Virus record (IMG/VR): IMGVR_UViG_3300012020_000004
Span: 1 to 64,000 of that record
From: a virus
Taxonomy: Duplodnaviria > Caudoviricetes
Strand: one strand, 5' to 3'
Length of the DNA stretch: 64,000 nt
Of this stretch, positions 8,821-18,015 are shown in pieces (position 1 is the stretch's first letter; every line of letters starts with the position of its first letter). The position numbers and the translations under genes are program-made. The notes below the pieces were generated by a model. It worked only from the letters and a program-made list of their open reading frames with translations. It had not been told where the DNA came from and did not search any database.

Positions 8821-10367
8821 TCGATGTAAAGCACTGGATGCCATATCGCGTCATGGACCGTGACGCGAACTATCTGTATGCGATCCGGCACGAGGGCGAC
8901 ACGTCCAGCCTGTACCGACTCACGTCCTACGACCACGAGCCTACGACCCCACACAAGGTGTGGCCCGGAGGTTGGTGCCGCTCGATCTGGTGCAGCCCGG
9001 ATTACCCCGGCACGATGCTCGCGCGCATCCACCAGGGCATCTACAAGTCGGTCGACGGCGGGGTGAATTGGGGCAACAACGCGCCAAGCTTTGATAACGG
9101 TTCCGCGGTGTTCATCCTCGGCGCGGTGGGCGAGCCGGTGCTTGCAAATACCGGCGTGCTGCAAGAGGGCGTGTGCTGGGACGGCGATAACGTCTACATG
9201 TGCGAGTACAACGTCAACACGGTACGCGAGGACGGCGGCATCAACGATGCAGTCAAGGTCATCAAGTCGACCGACCGCGGCACGACGTGGAGTCTCGCCG
9301 CGATCTGGAACACGGACGGCAACCACTACGTCCGCCACATGCACGGCATCCAGAAGCACGGCGCTTACCTGTACCTGCTCTGTGGCGACTACGACTACGA
9401 GTCGGGCATCCTGCGCTGGGACCCGACGCAGCCGCTGGCCTCGAATCAGCCGCTGACTGCCTACGCAAACTGCTGGACCGGCGCGCAGCGTTACCGGACG
9501 GGTGGAATCGTTTTCCCTCCGGGCGATTTCATGTACTGGACGGCGGATTCGTCTGGCGGCGGCACGACCGGCACCGAGCGCGGTATCTGGAAGGGCCGCA
9601 AGGACATGACGGGCACACCGGAGCGAGTCGACAACAAGATGGCCGAATTCAGTCGGCATTCGGGCTGGACCGGCTGCATCCTCGCCAACGGGGATATGGT
9701 GTTCGGGGAGTTCCTCGAAGTGGAGGCTGTCGGCGACCCGATCTACCTGTACGGCACGCACGACGGCGGCACGACGTGGGAGCGGTGCGGCACCTGGGGC
9801 GCGAGCGCAGAGGGTCGCGGGGGCTCCGAGAACTTTTTTACGTGGAAGGACGGGCTTACCTACTTCTGCAAAGTCGCGCACTCCGGGAAAGCCAGCGACA
9901 ACGGCACGGTCGTGCTGCAACCCAAGGCGTACAACGCCGCCGAGGGCTCGCGGATCATCCATCCGGTGTATTGGGTGGCACGCTCCGGGCAGGATGACGA
10001 TGCCAATTTTCGCGGGCAGTTGCCGACTCGGCCGTGGCGGACGCTTGAGCACGCACTGACCGGCAACCGCGTCACCTACGGAGCGCGCGTGCTCATGAGC
10101 GCGGGGCGCTACGAGGCCGAACCGATCGCCCCGCAATGGGCCGCCAATACCAAGCCGCCAAAGTCCGTCGCCAGCGTGCTGATCGAAGGCGCCCCTTCTG
10201 AGAGCACCGCGATCGCGCTGTCTGGCGGCACGACACTGGCAGATATCGTGGCTCCCAGCCCGGACATGCCGAGGACGCTGCGTAACTTACGGCTGATCGC
10301 GGGCTCGGTGACCGAACTGCAACAGAGCAAATCCGGTGCGGCCATCATGGCGGGGCCGGCAATCTAA
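8817..10367 (+). CDS. BNR/Asp-box beta-propeller protein with a short C-terminal beta-helix-like start
   Basis: Asp-boxes SVDGGVNW, STDRGTTW, THDGGTTW; C-terminal YWVARSGQDD...G..PTRPWRTLEHA motif. Confidence 0.65.
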   Translation: MIDVKHWMPYRVMDRDANYLYAIRHEGDTSSLYRLTSYDHEPTTPHKVWPGGWCRSIWCSPDYPGTMLARIHQGIYKSVDGGVNWGNNAPSFDNGSAVFILGAVGEPVLANTGVLQEGVCWDGDNVYMCEYNVNTVREDGGINDAVKVIKSTDRGTTWSLAAIWNTDGNHYVRHMHGIQKHGAYLYLLCGDYDYESGILRWDPTQPLASNQPLTAYANCWTGAQRYRTGGIVFPPGDFMYWTADSSGGGTTGTERGIWKGRKDMTGTPERVDNKMAEFSRHSGWTGCILANGDMVFGEFLEVEAVGDPIYLYGTHDGGTTWERCGTWGASAEGRGGSENFFTWKDGLTYFCKVAHSGKASDNGTVVLQPKAYNAAEGSRIIHPVYWVARSGQDDDANFRGQLPTRPWRTLEHALTGNRVTYGARVLMSAGRYEAEPIAPQWAANTKPPKSVASVLIEGAPSESTAIALSGGTTLADIVAPSPDMPRTLRNLRLIAGSVTELQQSKSGAAIMAGPAI

Positions 10368-10401
10368 TCCCCCTCGCGCGCGGAACCCGAAGTCGCAAAC
10401 G

Positions 10402-10427
10402 GAAAGCCCGGCGAATACCGGGCTTTC
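10402..10427 (+). terminator. Rho-independent terminator
   Basis: gaaagcccgg-cgaata-ccgggctttc, 35 bp after the stop at 10367. Confidence 0.7.
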
Positions 10428-10512
10428 GTCATTCAGGGAGCGTTGCCCCTGGAGGTATGTAGTCGGCCTACCGGCCTGGCAGCCAGGCCTGATCCTTGTA
10501 TAAGCGGAATTT

Positions 10513-12123
10513 ATGGCTTATCCTACGGGGAGACAGATTCCAGCCCAAGGTGCGCCCGTGTTCCAGAAACTCCGCTCGCTTTTTGGCCGTCCGAGCGCCT
10601 CGGCGGCTGACCAGGACCGGCCTGAGGTGGGGGCAGCGACGCAGCTGCCCCCATCGCCGCCCCCGAAAGTCCAGAAGGGCTCCAAGGCCTATCCTGGCTT
10701 CTTCAAGACCACGAAGCCAGACCCCAAGCAGCCGATCCGCCGAGACGACCGCAACGTCGCCAGCGCGGATCTGCTCAACTACCGGAACGGCAGTGACACC
10801 CGGAAGATCATCCACGACTATGCCCACACGAGCCCGGACCTCAGTGCCGCGCTGTGGGCGTACCTGCGGGTTGGCATTCCAAGCAAGTACACGGCCATCG
10901 CCAAGTCGGCTGTTGACGGCACGGTTGACGTCGCCGCGACCACGCTGCTGCAGCAGATCATCACTCGCATGGATGTGATGCCCGACTATGCCGAGGGCTA
11001 CAGCAACGTGCAGTCGCTCAAATCCCTGAGCGAGAGCCTGGCCAAGGAGCTGATGATGTACGGCGCGATGGCCGGCGAGCTCATCCTGGACAAGGGCCGG
11101 CTGCCGAGCGCGATCCAACCCGTCAGTGTCTTCACGATCCAGTTCAAGCCCGAGGGTAAGGGCCTCAAGCCTATCCAGCGCGTGGGCAATGAGGAGATCG
11201 ATCTCGACGTACCGACCTTCGTGATGTTAGGCCTGGATCAGGACTTGACCGAGGCCTACCCCTCCTCACCCTTCGAGAGCGCGATCAAGCCCGTCCTCTT
11301 CAAGGAGGAGTTCGCCCAGGACATTCACCGGATCATCAAGCGGGTCATCCACCCGCGGCAGAAGGCCAAGATCAACGAGGAGATGTTCCGCAAGAACCTC
11401 GACCAAGAGGCGCAGCTCGACCCGGAGAAGGCCAAGGAGGCGATGAACCAGGTCACCAATGAGCTGCAGAACCTGGTCAACAACCTGGCGCCTGACGAGG
11501 CCCTGGTCCACTTCGACACCGTGGACTTCGAGGTGGAGAACCCCTCGAACGCCGGCCTGGCATCCGAGTACGAAGTGCTGCAGCAGATCGGCAATTCCCG
11601 TCTCTCTACCGGCGCCAAGACCATGGGCACGATCCTGGGCTTCCAGGGGGGCTCGAGCAATATCGCCTCGAGCGAGACCATGTTGTTCATGAAGTCGGCC
11701 ACCAGCGCGGTGAAGGACAAGCTCGACCTGTTCTACAGCCGCATCTTCACCACGGCGCTGCGCCTCTTCGGCTTGGATGTCGTTGTTGAGTTCCGGTATG
11801 CGGACATCGACCTGAGACCTGAAGCTGACTTGTCGGCATTCCGCCAGACGCAGCAGATGATGACACTGGAGAAGCTCAGCCTTGGCCTCATCACGGACGA
11901 AGAGGCTTCGCTGACGCTCACTGGCAAGCTTCCTCCTGCCGGGTACAAGCCGCTGTCAGGCACGATGTTCCACCTCAACAAGGGTGGCCAGGCGGCTGAT
12001 ACGCAGGAGCCGACTAACAGCGGGTCCACACTAAATCAAAACCTTAATGGTGACACCCCAGCCGTGGGGCGGGGGCAAAACAAGAAAGCAGAAATTGTCA
12101 CTTTGGCAGTGGGGGCTAAGTGA
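10513..12123 (+). CDS. Portal protein
   Basis: 536-aa helical protein lying after terL and before the protease and capsid genes; strong GC3 bias. Confidence 0.75.
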   Translation: MAYPTGRQIPAQGAPVFQKLRSLFGRPSASAADQDRPEVGAATQLPPSPPPKVQKGSKAYPGFFKTTKPDPKQPIRRDDRNVASADLLNYRNGSDTRKIIHDYAHTSPDLSAALWAYLRVGIPSKYTAIAKSAVDGTVDVAATTLLQQIITRMDVMPDYAEGYSNVQSLKSLSESLAKELMMYGAMAGELILDKGRLPSAIQPVSVFTIQFKPEGKGLKPIQRVGNEEIDLDVPTFVMLGLDQDLTEAYPSSPFESAIKPVLFKEEFAQDIHRIIKRVIHPRQKAKINEEMFRKNLDQEAQLDPEKAKEAMNQVTNELQNLVNNLAPDEALVHFDTVDFEVENPSNAGLASEYEVLQQIGNSRLSTGAKTMGTILGFQGGSSNIASSETMLFMKSATSAVKDKLDLFYSRIFTTALRLFGLDVVVEFRYADIDLRPEADLSAFRQTQQMMTLEKLSLGLITDEEASLTLTGKLPPAGYKPLSGTMFHLNKGGQAADTQEPTNSGSTLNQNLNGDTPAVGRGQNKKAEIVTLAVGAK

Positions 12124-12476
12124 TGGTCTGGGACGGAGTAGAGAGGCGCGTGACGACCCCATATACGCTCTCTGAGCTAGAGAAACACATTGATGAGCGA
12201 ATCAGGCTGCGGCTAGACGAACACGCCAAAACAGAAGCGGACCAGCTCAACACCAGGTTTGACAAGCTTGAGGCATTACTGAAGTCAGGTTTTCCAGGCG
12301 GGGACCCAGATGAGCACCGCAGGTATCACGACGAGGTCATTGACTTCATGCGTGAGCGCCGCGAACTTTGGAGGGCGATCAGGGATAAAACCCTCACAGC
12401 CCTCCTGTGGTCAGGGCTATTGACCTTGGGTTCGGCCATTTACCACTATATCAAAGCCAAGCTTGGTACACCTTGA
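12120..12476 (+). CDS. Membrane protein, candidate holin or antiholin
   Basis: WDGVERR N-terminus, coiled middle, one C-terminal hydrophobic helix (TLTALLWSGLLTLGSAIYHYI); directly upstream of the lysin. Confidence 0.5.
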   Translation: MMVWDGVERRVTTPYTLSELEKHIDERIRLRLDEHAKTEADQLNTRFDKLEALLKSGFPGGDPDEHRRYHDEVIDFMRERRELWRAIRDKTLTALLWSGLLTLGSAIYHYIKAKLGTP

Positions 12477-12486
12477 TAGGCATGAC

Positions 12487-13200
12487 ATGACGACTAGACA
12501 ACTACCTCGCGGTGTCCGCATCAATAATCCGGGGAACATCGAACGAACTGCTGAGCGCTGGATTGGCATGAGCCCAGACCAAAGCTCAGACCCCAGGTTC
12601 ATGGTTTTTGACACCCCGGAGCACGGTATCCGGGCTCTGATGCGGCTGCTCATCAACTATCAGGAGCGCCACGGCCTGAAGACGGTACGGGAAGTCATCA
12701 ACCGGTGGGCCCCACCTGTTGGTCGTGACCAGGACGGTAAGAGCTACACGCAGAACACCAGCGGCTATGTCCAGCACGTGTCACGCCAGACAGGCTTCGA
12801 CCCTGATGAGCCCCTGGACCTCCTGGATCGGCCCACGTGTGAGAAGCTGGCCCGTGCCATCATCAGGCACGAGAACGGCAATCCCACATCCTATGGCCGA
12901 CCTGCGGATTGGTATGACGACGCCACCTATGACCGTGCCCTGGTGATGGCCGGGTTCACGGCGGAGACCAAGCCGCTGGTCTCGTCTCGAACTGTCAAGG
13001 GTGTAGCTGTTACCGCAGCGGCAGTAGTGGCCGAGGCGACGGGAATCTTCCAACCTGAGGACGTGGCGACGGCCGTGTCGGCAGCCAGGGCCTTCGGGCT
13101 CAACGAGTTTGCGGAGGCTCTTCCCCACGTGGCTGCAATCCTGGGTCTCGCCTACACCTTTTACGCACGCTGGGATGATGCCCGGAGGAAACTGAGATGA
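12487..13200 (+). CDS. Lysozyme-like endolysin with C-terminal membrane segments
   Basis: PRGVRINNPGNI...F.TPEHGIRA...INRWAPP...NTSGYV...AIIRHENG motifs; hydrophobic C-terminal tail ending YARWDDARRKLR. Confidence 0.75.
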   Translation: MTTRQLPRGVRINNPGNIERTAERWIGMSPDQSSDPRFMVFDTPEHGIRALMRLLINYQERHGLKTVREVINRWAPPVGRDQDGKSYTQNTSGYVQHVSRQTGFDPDEPLDLLDRPTCEKLARAIIRHENGNPTSYGRPADWYDDATYDRALVMAGFTAETKPLVSSRTVKGVAVTAAAVVAEATGIFQPEDVATAVSAARAFGLNEFAEALPHVAAILGLAYTFYARWDDARRKLR

Positions 13201-13370
13201 GACCCGTTACAAACCTTGCCCAGTGGCGCCAGACCCGCAATAAACCCGTCATCGACTATTGCCGATGGAACGAGGCACTTGAGAGCGTCACGCGGACCAA
13301 TGTTGATACGTTTGTCCGCCTCTACTTCATTTGGCCTCGTGTGATGCTTCGGACAATCTTCGGGGTGTGA
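13197..13370 (+). CDS. Small hypothetical protein (57 aa), not in the ORF track
   Basis: ATGA overlap with the lysin stop; MRPVTNLAQWRQ...MLRTIFGV. Confidence 0.45.
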   Translation: MRPVTNLAQWRQTRNKPVIDYCRWNEALESVTRTNVDTFVRLYFIWPRVMLRTIFGV

Positions 13371-13373
13371 CGA

Positions 13374-13571
13374 GTGGAAGTTCGACCACAGCTTGAACGG
13401 GACCCAGCCGGGGGCTGGGTCTGCAGTTGCGACAGCGACACTGCGTGGGGCGCAACACCGGAGCAGGCGTTCTCACGGTGGCTGGACAGGTTCCAGTACC
13501 GTGGCCCTGATCTGCCTATCAATTTTTCTTATGGCGAGGTAGACTCGCGCGAAACTGACAGGAGAGCATGA
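13374..13571 (+). CDS. Small hypothetical protein
   Basis: Fills the gap before the protease gene. Confidence 0.4.
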   Translation: MEVRPQLERDPAGGWVCSCDSDTAWGATPEQAFSRWLDRFQYRGPDLPINFSYGEVDSRETDRRA

Positions 13572-13572
13572 G

Positions 13573-15066
13573 ATGCCTCGAGTTACGGAAGAGAAGGTCT
13601 GGGCGGGGACAGAGGCGAGCCTCCACGCCGCGCTGGACGCAGAGGAAGCGCGGGCGACGCGCATGGCAGCCGGGGACAGGATCAGCGAGAAGGACCGGGA
13701 GACCTCCCGCCTGCTTTCCATTGATGATGACGGAGTGGCCACCATCAGCGTCAAGGGTCCGCTGACCAACGATGGCGACAGCGTCTGGAACGAGTGGCTG
13801 GGCATGACGGGTTACCCGGAGATCCGCGAAGCCGTCATCGCTGCCGCTACTGACGCCAGCGTTCAGCACGTCATCCTGGACATTGACTCGGGCGGCGGCG
13901 CCGTCTCTGGCGTCGATGACACCGCTAAGTTGATCCGCCTCGTCCACGACAACGTGAAGCCGGTCACCGCCTTTACGGACGGCTCCATGTACAGCGCCGC
14001 GTACTGGTTGGGTTCGTCGGCCGGCGAGGTGTATGCCAGCAAGGCTGCGGGCATGGGCTCCATCGGGGTGATCGCCACCCACATGGAGCGCTCGGAAATG
14101 CTGAAGGAGGCCGGGATCGGCGTCACTGTCGTTCGTGCGGGCAAGTACAAGGCCTTGGCCAACGGTGTCGAGAAGCTGACTGAAGAGGGCAAGGCCCAGA
14201 TCCAGGCCGGCGTCGATGCTGCATACAAGATCTTCGTCGGACACGTGGCTGAAATGCGTGGCAAGAGCTATGAGTTTGCCGATAGCGTGATGGCCCAGGG
14301 CCGAGAATTCTATGGTCAGGCAGGCGCTGACGCGGGCCTGGTGGACGGCATCAAGTCGTTTGACCAGGTGATGTCCGATGTCAAGCGAAATCTTGTTGAT
14401 CCGTCCATAAAGACCGCTTATACTCCGGGCAAGCAGACCTCGGGTCTGCGTGTCGAGAAAGATAACGGAGAGAACGGTATGGGCATGAAGGTGCGCAAAG
14501 CGCTGAGCGAGCAAGACATCGCCGCCCTGGCCGCGGGCGCCACTCTGGAGGCCGACCAGGCTCCCGGGACTGGCACGCAGGCCGAGACGGACGTTGCCGC
14601 TCAGGTTGAGGACGTCGAAGTTTCGGCTCAGGTCGAGACCTCGGACGAGGCGAGCGCTGAGGGCACGGGCGTTGGGCAGGCTGCAGAAGTTGACGCTTCT
14701 GCAGGTGCTCTTAAGTTCGTGGCGGAGCAGCTCAAGGCGGCTCAGGATGAGCTGGTGGCCTCGAAGATCGAGGCGAGCAAGCTCAAGGACAAGCTCGAGG
14801 CGATGCAGGCGGTGGTGGAGCCGCTCAAGGACATCGCGGCGAAGGCGGTCAACAACATGCGAGTGGCCCTGGGCGGCTCGCTGATCGACATGTCGGCGTC
14901 GTCGCCGGCACAGATCCTCGCGGAGCACGTTTCGGTGTCCGCCTCGTTTGCCTCGAAGTTCAAGGTGGGTGGGGTTTCCGCGACGAGTGTCGAGGAACAG
15001 GTGAAGAAGCCCGCCGTGGGCGCGTCTCACATGGCTCGCGTCAATGCGGCCCGGTACAGTAAGTAA
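13573..15066 (+). CDS. S49-family prohead protease fused to a scaffold domain
   Basis: ILDIDSGGG, MYSAAYWLGS, GSIGV, AGKYK; acidic linker and coiled-coil C-terminus. Confidence 0.9.
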   Translation: MPRVTEEKVWAGTEASLHAALDAEEARATRMAAGDRISEKDRETSRLLSIDDDGVATISVKGPLTNDGDSVWNEWLGMTGYPEIREAVIAAATDASVQHVILDIDSGGGAVSGVDDTAKLIRLVHDNVKPVTAFTDGSMYSAAYWLGSSAGEVYASKAAGMGSIGVIATHMERSEMLKEAGIGVTVVRAGKYKALANGVEKLTEEGKAQIQAGVDAAYKIFVGHVAEMRGKSYEFADSVMAQGREFYGQAGADAGLVDGIKSFDQVMSDVKRNLVDPSIKTAYTPGKQTSGLRVEKDNGENGMGMKVRKALSEQDIAALAAGATLEADQAPGTGTQAETDVAAQVEDVEVSAQVETSDEASAEGTGVGQAAEVDASAGALKFVAEQLKAAQDELVASKIEASKLKDKLEAMQAVVEPLKDIAAKAVNNMRVALGGSLIDMSASSPAQILAEHVSVSASFASKFKVGGVSATSVEEQVKKPAVGASHMARVNAARYSK

Positions 15067-15078
15067 TCAAGGAGAAAG

Positions 15079-15558
15079 ATGATGGCCAAGTTTCAATTCA
15101 AGGAACTGATCGTCACCGCGCCGGAAACCGCTCGACTCGGTGCCGGTACCAGTGAAGGTGATCGCCTGTCCGATGCGGACGTGGGCAAGATCGTCAAGCT
15201 GGTGGGTGACTCGCGTTACAACCTCGTCGCTGTGGGTGACGCCATCGAAGGCGTCATCGCGGCCGTCGAAAGCTACACCGCTGATGGCTACTCCATCGGC
15301 TCCGTCCAGGTCAAGGACCGCAAGGAAGTCACGTTTGACGGCCTGCAAGGTACCCCGGGCACGGGCGTTGTCGCCATCGGCGACTTCGTCGTGGCGGGTA
15401 CGCCGGTCGCCAAGGGTACTGCCCTGAGCGCCCCGGTCAAGGTCTGCAAGGCCACATCTCAAGCTGTCGCCCCGTTCATGTGGCGCGTCGTCAGCCTGGG
15501 TACTGCCGGTACCGGTGCCGTGGGCACGGTCGGCGTCATCGAACGTGTCAACGCCTAA
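15079..15558 (+). CDS. Head decoration / capsid cement protein
   Basis: Gly/Val/Ala-rich 159 aa between protease and major capsid gene; AAGGAG RBS. Confidence 0.7.
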   Translation: MMAKFQFKELIVTAPETARLGAGTSEGDRLSDADVGKIVKLVGDSRYNLVAVGDAIEGVIAAVESYTADGYSIGSVQVKDRKEVTFDGLQGTPGTGVVAIGDFVVAGTPVAKGTALSAPVKVCKATSQAVAPFMWRVVSLGTAGTGAVGTVGVIERVNA

Positions 15559-15572
15559 CTGGAGAGACAGAA

Positions 15573-16745
15573 ATGGCTGCTTTTTACGACGAACAAGGCC
15601 AGATCCAACAGGTCGAGGTGTCCCTTGACCTGGTGCGTGAGGCTGCCGACAATGGTATGTCGGTCCGTGACTGGGTCAATACCATTTACCCCACTGATGC
15701 CAACGCTTACGGCGACGCGTTCACTCAGTTCTGCGCCTCCGAGGGCCTGGTGCTGCGTACCGCCAAGAAGGCCGGTCTGCGCGCCCCGTCTCTGCAGTCC
15801 GTGCTTGATGGCAAGCCGAAGATGGAAGCGACCGGCGCGGTGGTCCGCAACCCGAGCCAACAGGCCCGCGTGCTGCTGATGCCCGCCATCGGCGCCCTCA
15901 TCGAGGATAAGCTGACTGGCGACATGGACATGCACGCCAGCGCGTTCGATTCGATGATCGCCCTGGACGACACCATCGCGGATGAGTGGCTGCTGTGGCC
16001 CGAGGCCAACTACTCGAAGCCGGAACAAGGCCGCTCCCAGGTCACTTCGCAGCTGGCCCGCCCCGCTCGCATGCTGACCCTGACCACGTCCGAGAAGCAG
16101 GTCCGCATCCCGACCTACGCGCTGGGCATCGAGTGGTCTGAACAGGCGACCCGCTACCTCAACCTGGACTTCGTCGCGCTGTCGATTGCTCGTCAGATCG
16201 CTGTCGAGCGCAACGAGCGCGCCCAGGAAGATCTACGCGCCATGCTGAATGGTGACATCGACATGGGCCAGGCCTCGCTGGCATCGCTGGGCAAGGTCAA
16301 GACCGCCGTCTCGCTGGACGCCGCCGCCACTGCCGGCCTCACCCAGAAGGCATGGATGCTGTGGCTGTACTCGGGCACCGTCCGCCGCCGCATTACCCAC
16401 GTCGTGACCGACATCCTGGGCGCGATGGCGATTGAGGGCCGCGCTGGTCGCCCGACCGTCTCGGGCGACAACAACACCAGCCCGCGCATCAACGCCGAAG
16501 CCTCGGTGCTCAACCCGACCTGGGGCGACGTCCAGGTGTTCATCACCGACGACCCGTCGTGGCCGGCGAAGACCATCATGGGCATCGATCGTGAGTATGG
16601 TGTCCACCGAGTCACTTCGACGTCGGCTAGCTACTCCTCGCAAGAAGACTTCGTGCTACGCCGCGGTAGTGCTATGCGCTGGGATACGGGTAGTCTGTGC
16701 CGCCGCCTATATAATGAGGCGTTTGAGTGCTTGACCTACCAATAA
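15573..16745 (+). CDS. Major capsid protein
   Basis: 390 aa, GGAG RBS, extreme GC3 bias, position after the decoration protein, followed by a strong terminator. Confidence 0.85.
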   Translation: MAAFYDEQGQIQQVEVSLDLVREAADNGMSVRDWVNTIYPTDANAYGDAFTQFCASEGLVLRTAKKAGLRAPSLQSVLDGKPKMEATGAVVRNPSQQARVLLMPAIGALIEDKLTGDMDMHASAFDSMIALDDTIADEWLLWPEANYSKPEQGRSQVTSQLARPARMLTLTTSEKQVRIPTYALGIEWSEQATRYLNLDFVALSIARQIAVERNERAQEDLRAMLNGDIDMGQASLASLGKVKTAVSLDAAATAGLTQKAWMLWLYSGTVRRRITHVVTDILGAMAIEGRAGRPTVSGDNNTSPRINAEASVLNPTWGDVQVFITDDPSWPAKTIMGIDREYGVHRVTSTSASYSSQEDFVLRRGSAMRWDTGSLCRRLYNEAFECLTYQ

Positions 16746-16756
16746 TTTAAGGTAGC

Positions 16757-16789
16757 AACAAGGCCCGGGGCTAAATCCCGGGCCTTGTT
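16757..16789. terminator. Bidirectional terminator between the capsid gene and the convergent GIY-YIG gene
   Basis: aacaaggcccggg-gctaaat-cccgggccttgtt with A/T-rich flanks. Confidence 0.85.
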
Positions 16790-16791
16790 AT

Positions 16792-17718
16792 TTATTCTGT
16801 GCTTTCTCTTTTCTTGGCTTTGGCTTCCGCTATTGCTTTAGCCCTTTTTTCAAACCACTCTGCAGGCTTATTTTTCATGGTTTCACTTATTTTTCTTTTT
16901 TGCTCATCGGACACCTGACGACCTTTCCTTGCCTTACTCATCTTAGCCCTAGACTCTTCAGACATTTTTTTACCTTTCATGGGGCTTTCCCTACCTTTAG
17001 CGATCTCGGATAAGCGTGCGCGCATTTTGTCCTTATCCTCATCAGACCTTGCCCTTAGGGCACTAGAGATCGCTTCTCCACGTTTTCTCCTCTGTTCTTC
17101 TGTTAAAGGGGCCCTAGATTTATTTATCTCGCTAAGTTTTGCGGCGTGCTCCGGGCTTAGTTTTCTTCCTTTAGTAGCAGCCTTAAGCTTCTCTTTATGC
17201 TCGTCTGTTAGAGGTTTTCCAACCTTAGCGGCTCTAGCTTGAGATAAAGCGTATGCCCTCTGTTCTGGTGTTTGAGCGGCCACTATCTTTTTCATCGTCT
17301 CACTTCTACGAGTCCTCTCCTCTTTAGAGAGTTCTGGCTTAGCTCCTCGCGGGCTGCCTGCTATTGGGCATGTGTTGTAGTCTCCTGCAGCATTAATCCA
17401 GTGCTGCTCCCTTAGTAGAAGATCCTCAAAGTTTGGTACACTTTCCAGTATGCCCCACCTAAGCCCGGCTAACCCACACTTATTGAACGCTCTCTGAAGG
17501 GGTTTGCAGTGGTGCTTACCAGAGAAAAGACACGAAAGGTGTGCCCGTATCCTCTCTGGTATGTTGACGCTGGAGCCAATATATCTCTTACCGGTGACCG
17601 AGTTGAGTATGTAGTAGATACCCTGCCTAGTCCAGGACTCCTGTGGGCTGTCAGCGATCTCAGCGCGGGCTCTCGATGGGGATGGTTTTGTCATTTCCGA
17701 CTCTCTAGGTTCTAACAT
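16792..17718 (-). CDS. GIY-YIG homing endonuclease with NUMOD3-like repeats
   Basis: GIYYI...KRYIGSS...R...H...E...N; repeats such as KGRKLSPEHAAKLSE and KGKKMSEESRAKMS. Confidence 0.92.
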   Translation of the reverse strand: MLEPRESEMTKPSPSRARAEIADSPQESWTRQGIYYILNSVTGKRYIGSSVNIPERIRAHLSCLFSGKHHCKPLQRAFNKCGLAGLRWGILESVPNFEDLLLREQHWINAAGDYNTCPIAGSPRGAKPELSKEERTRRSETMKKIVAAQTPEQRAYALSQARAAKVGKPLTDEHKEKLKAATKGRKLSPEHAAKLSEINKSRAPLTEEQRRKRGEAISSALRARSDEDKDKMRARLSEIAKGRESPMKGKKMSEESRAKMSKARKGRQVSDEQKRKISETMKNKPAEWFEKRAKAIAEAKAKKRESTE

Positions 17719-17724
17719 GCGCTT

Positions 17725-17752
17725 AGTTTAGTCGTTTGTGGGCATCTGTCAA
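17725..17752 (-). promoter_or_regulatory. sigma70 promoter for the GIY-YIG gene
   Basis: Minus strand TTGACA-16 bp-TAAACT. Confidence 0.55.
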
Positions 17753-17817
17753 CTTCCGCCTTCCCCTGACTAGCCCCGGGAGGTACAATCGGGCAAACCC
17801 ATCCCTGGAGATACGGC

Positions 17818-18015
17818 ATGGCCGAGATCAAACCCACCCCCGCCAAGAAGCCTGAAGCCACTCAGCCCACACGAATCAAGGTGTGCTCTGTCGTCGGGCT
17901 CATGATCCACCCCTTCACCTTGGACAACATCACTGAGGTGCCCATGGAAGTCGAGAAGGACTGGTGGATCGACAACCAACTCGAAGCCGGGAAGCTGACT
18001 CATGTCACTGCTTAA
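17818..18015 (+). CDS. Small hypothetical virion-region protein
   Basis: GGAG RBS, good codon bias, overlaps the next gene. Confidence 0.7.
   Translation: MAEIKPTPAKKPEATQPTRIKVCSVVGLMIHPFTLDNITEVPMEVEKDWWIDNQLEAGKLTHVTA

Noticed and set aside
8718-10136. 472-aa minus-strand ORF, and similar long antisense ORFs (13519-15030, 22557-23549, 37543-38866, 43894-45114, 50943-51746)
   Set aside because: They lie opposite well-supported GC3-biased genes, which suppress stops on the antisense strand; the translations are compositionally implausible.
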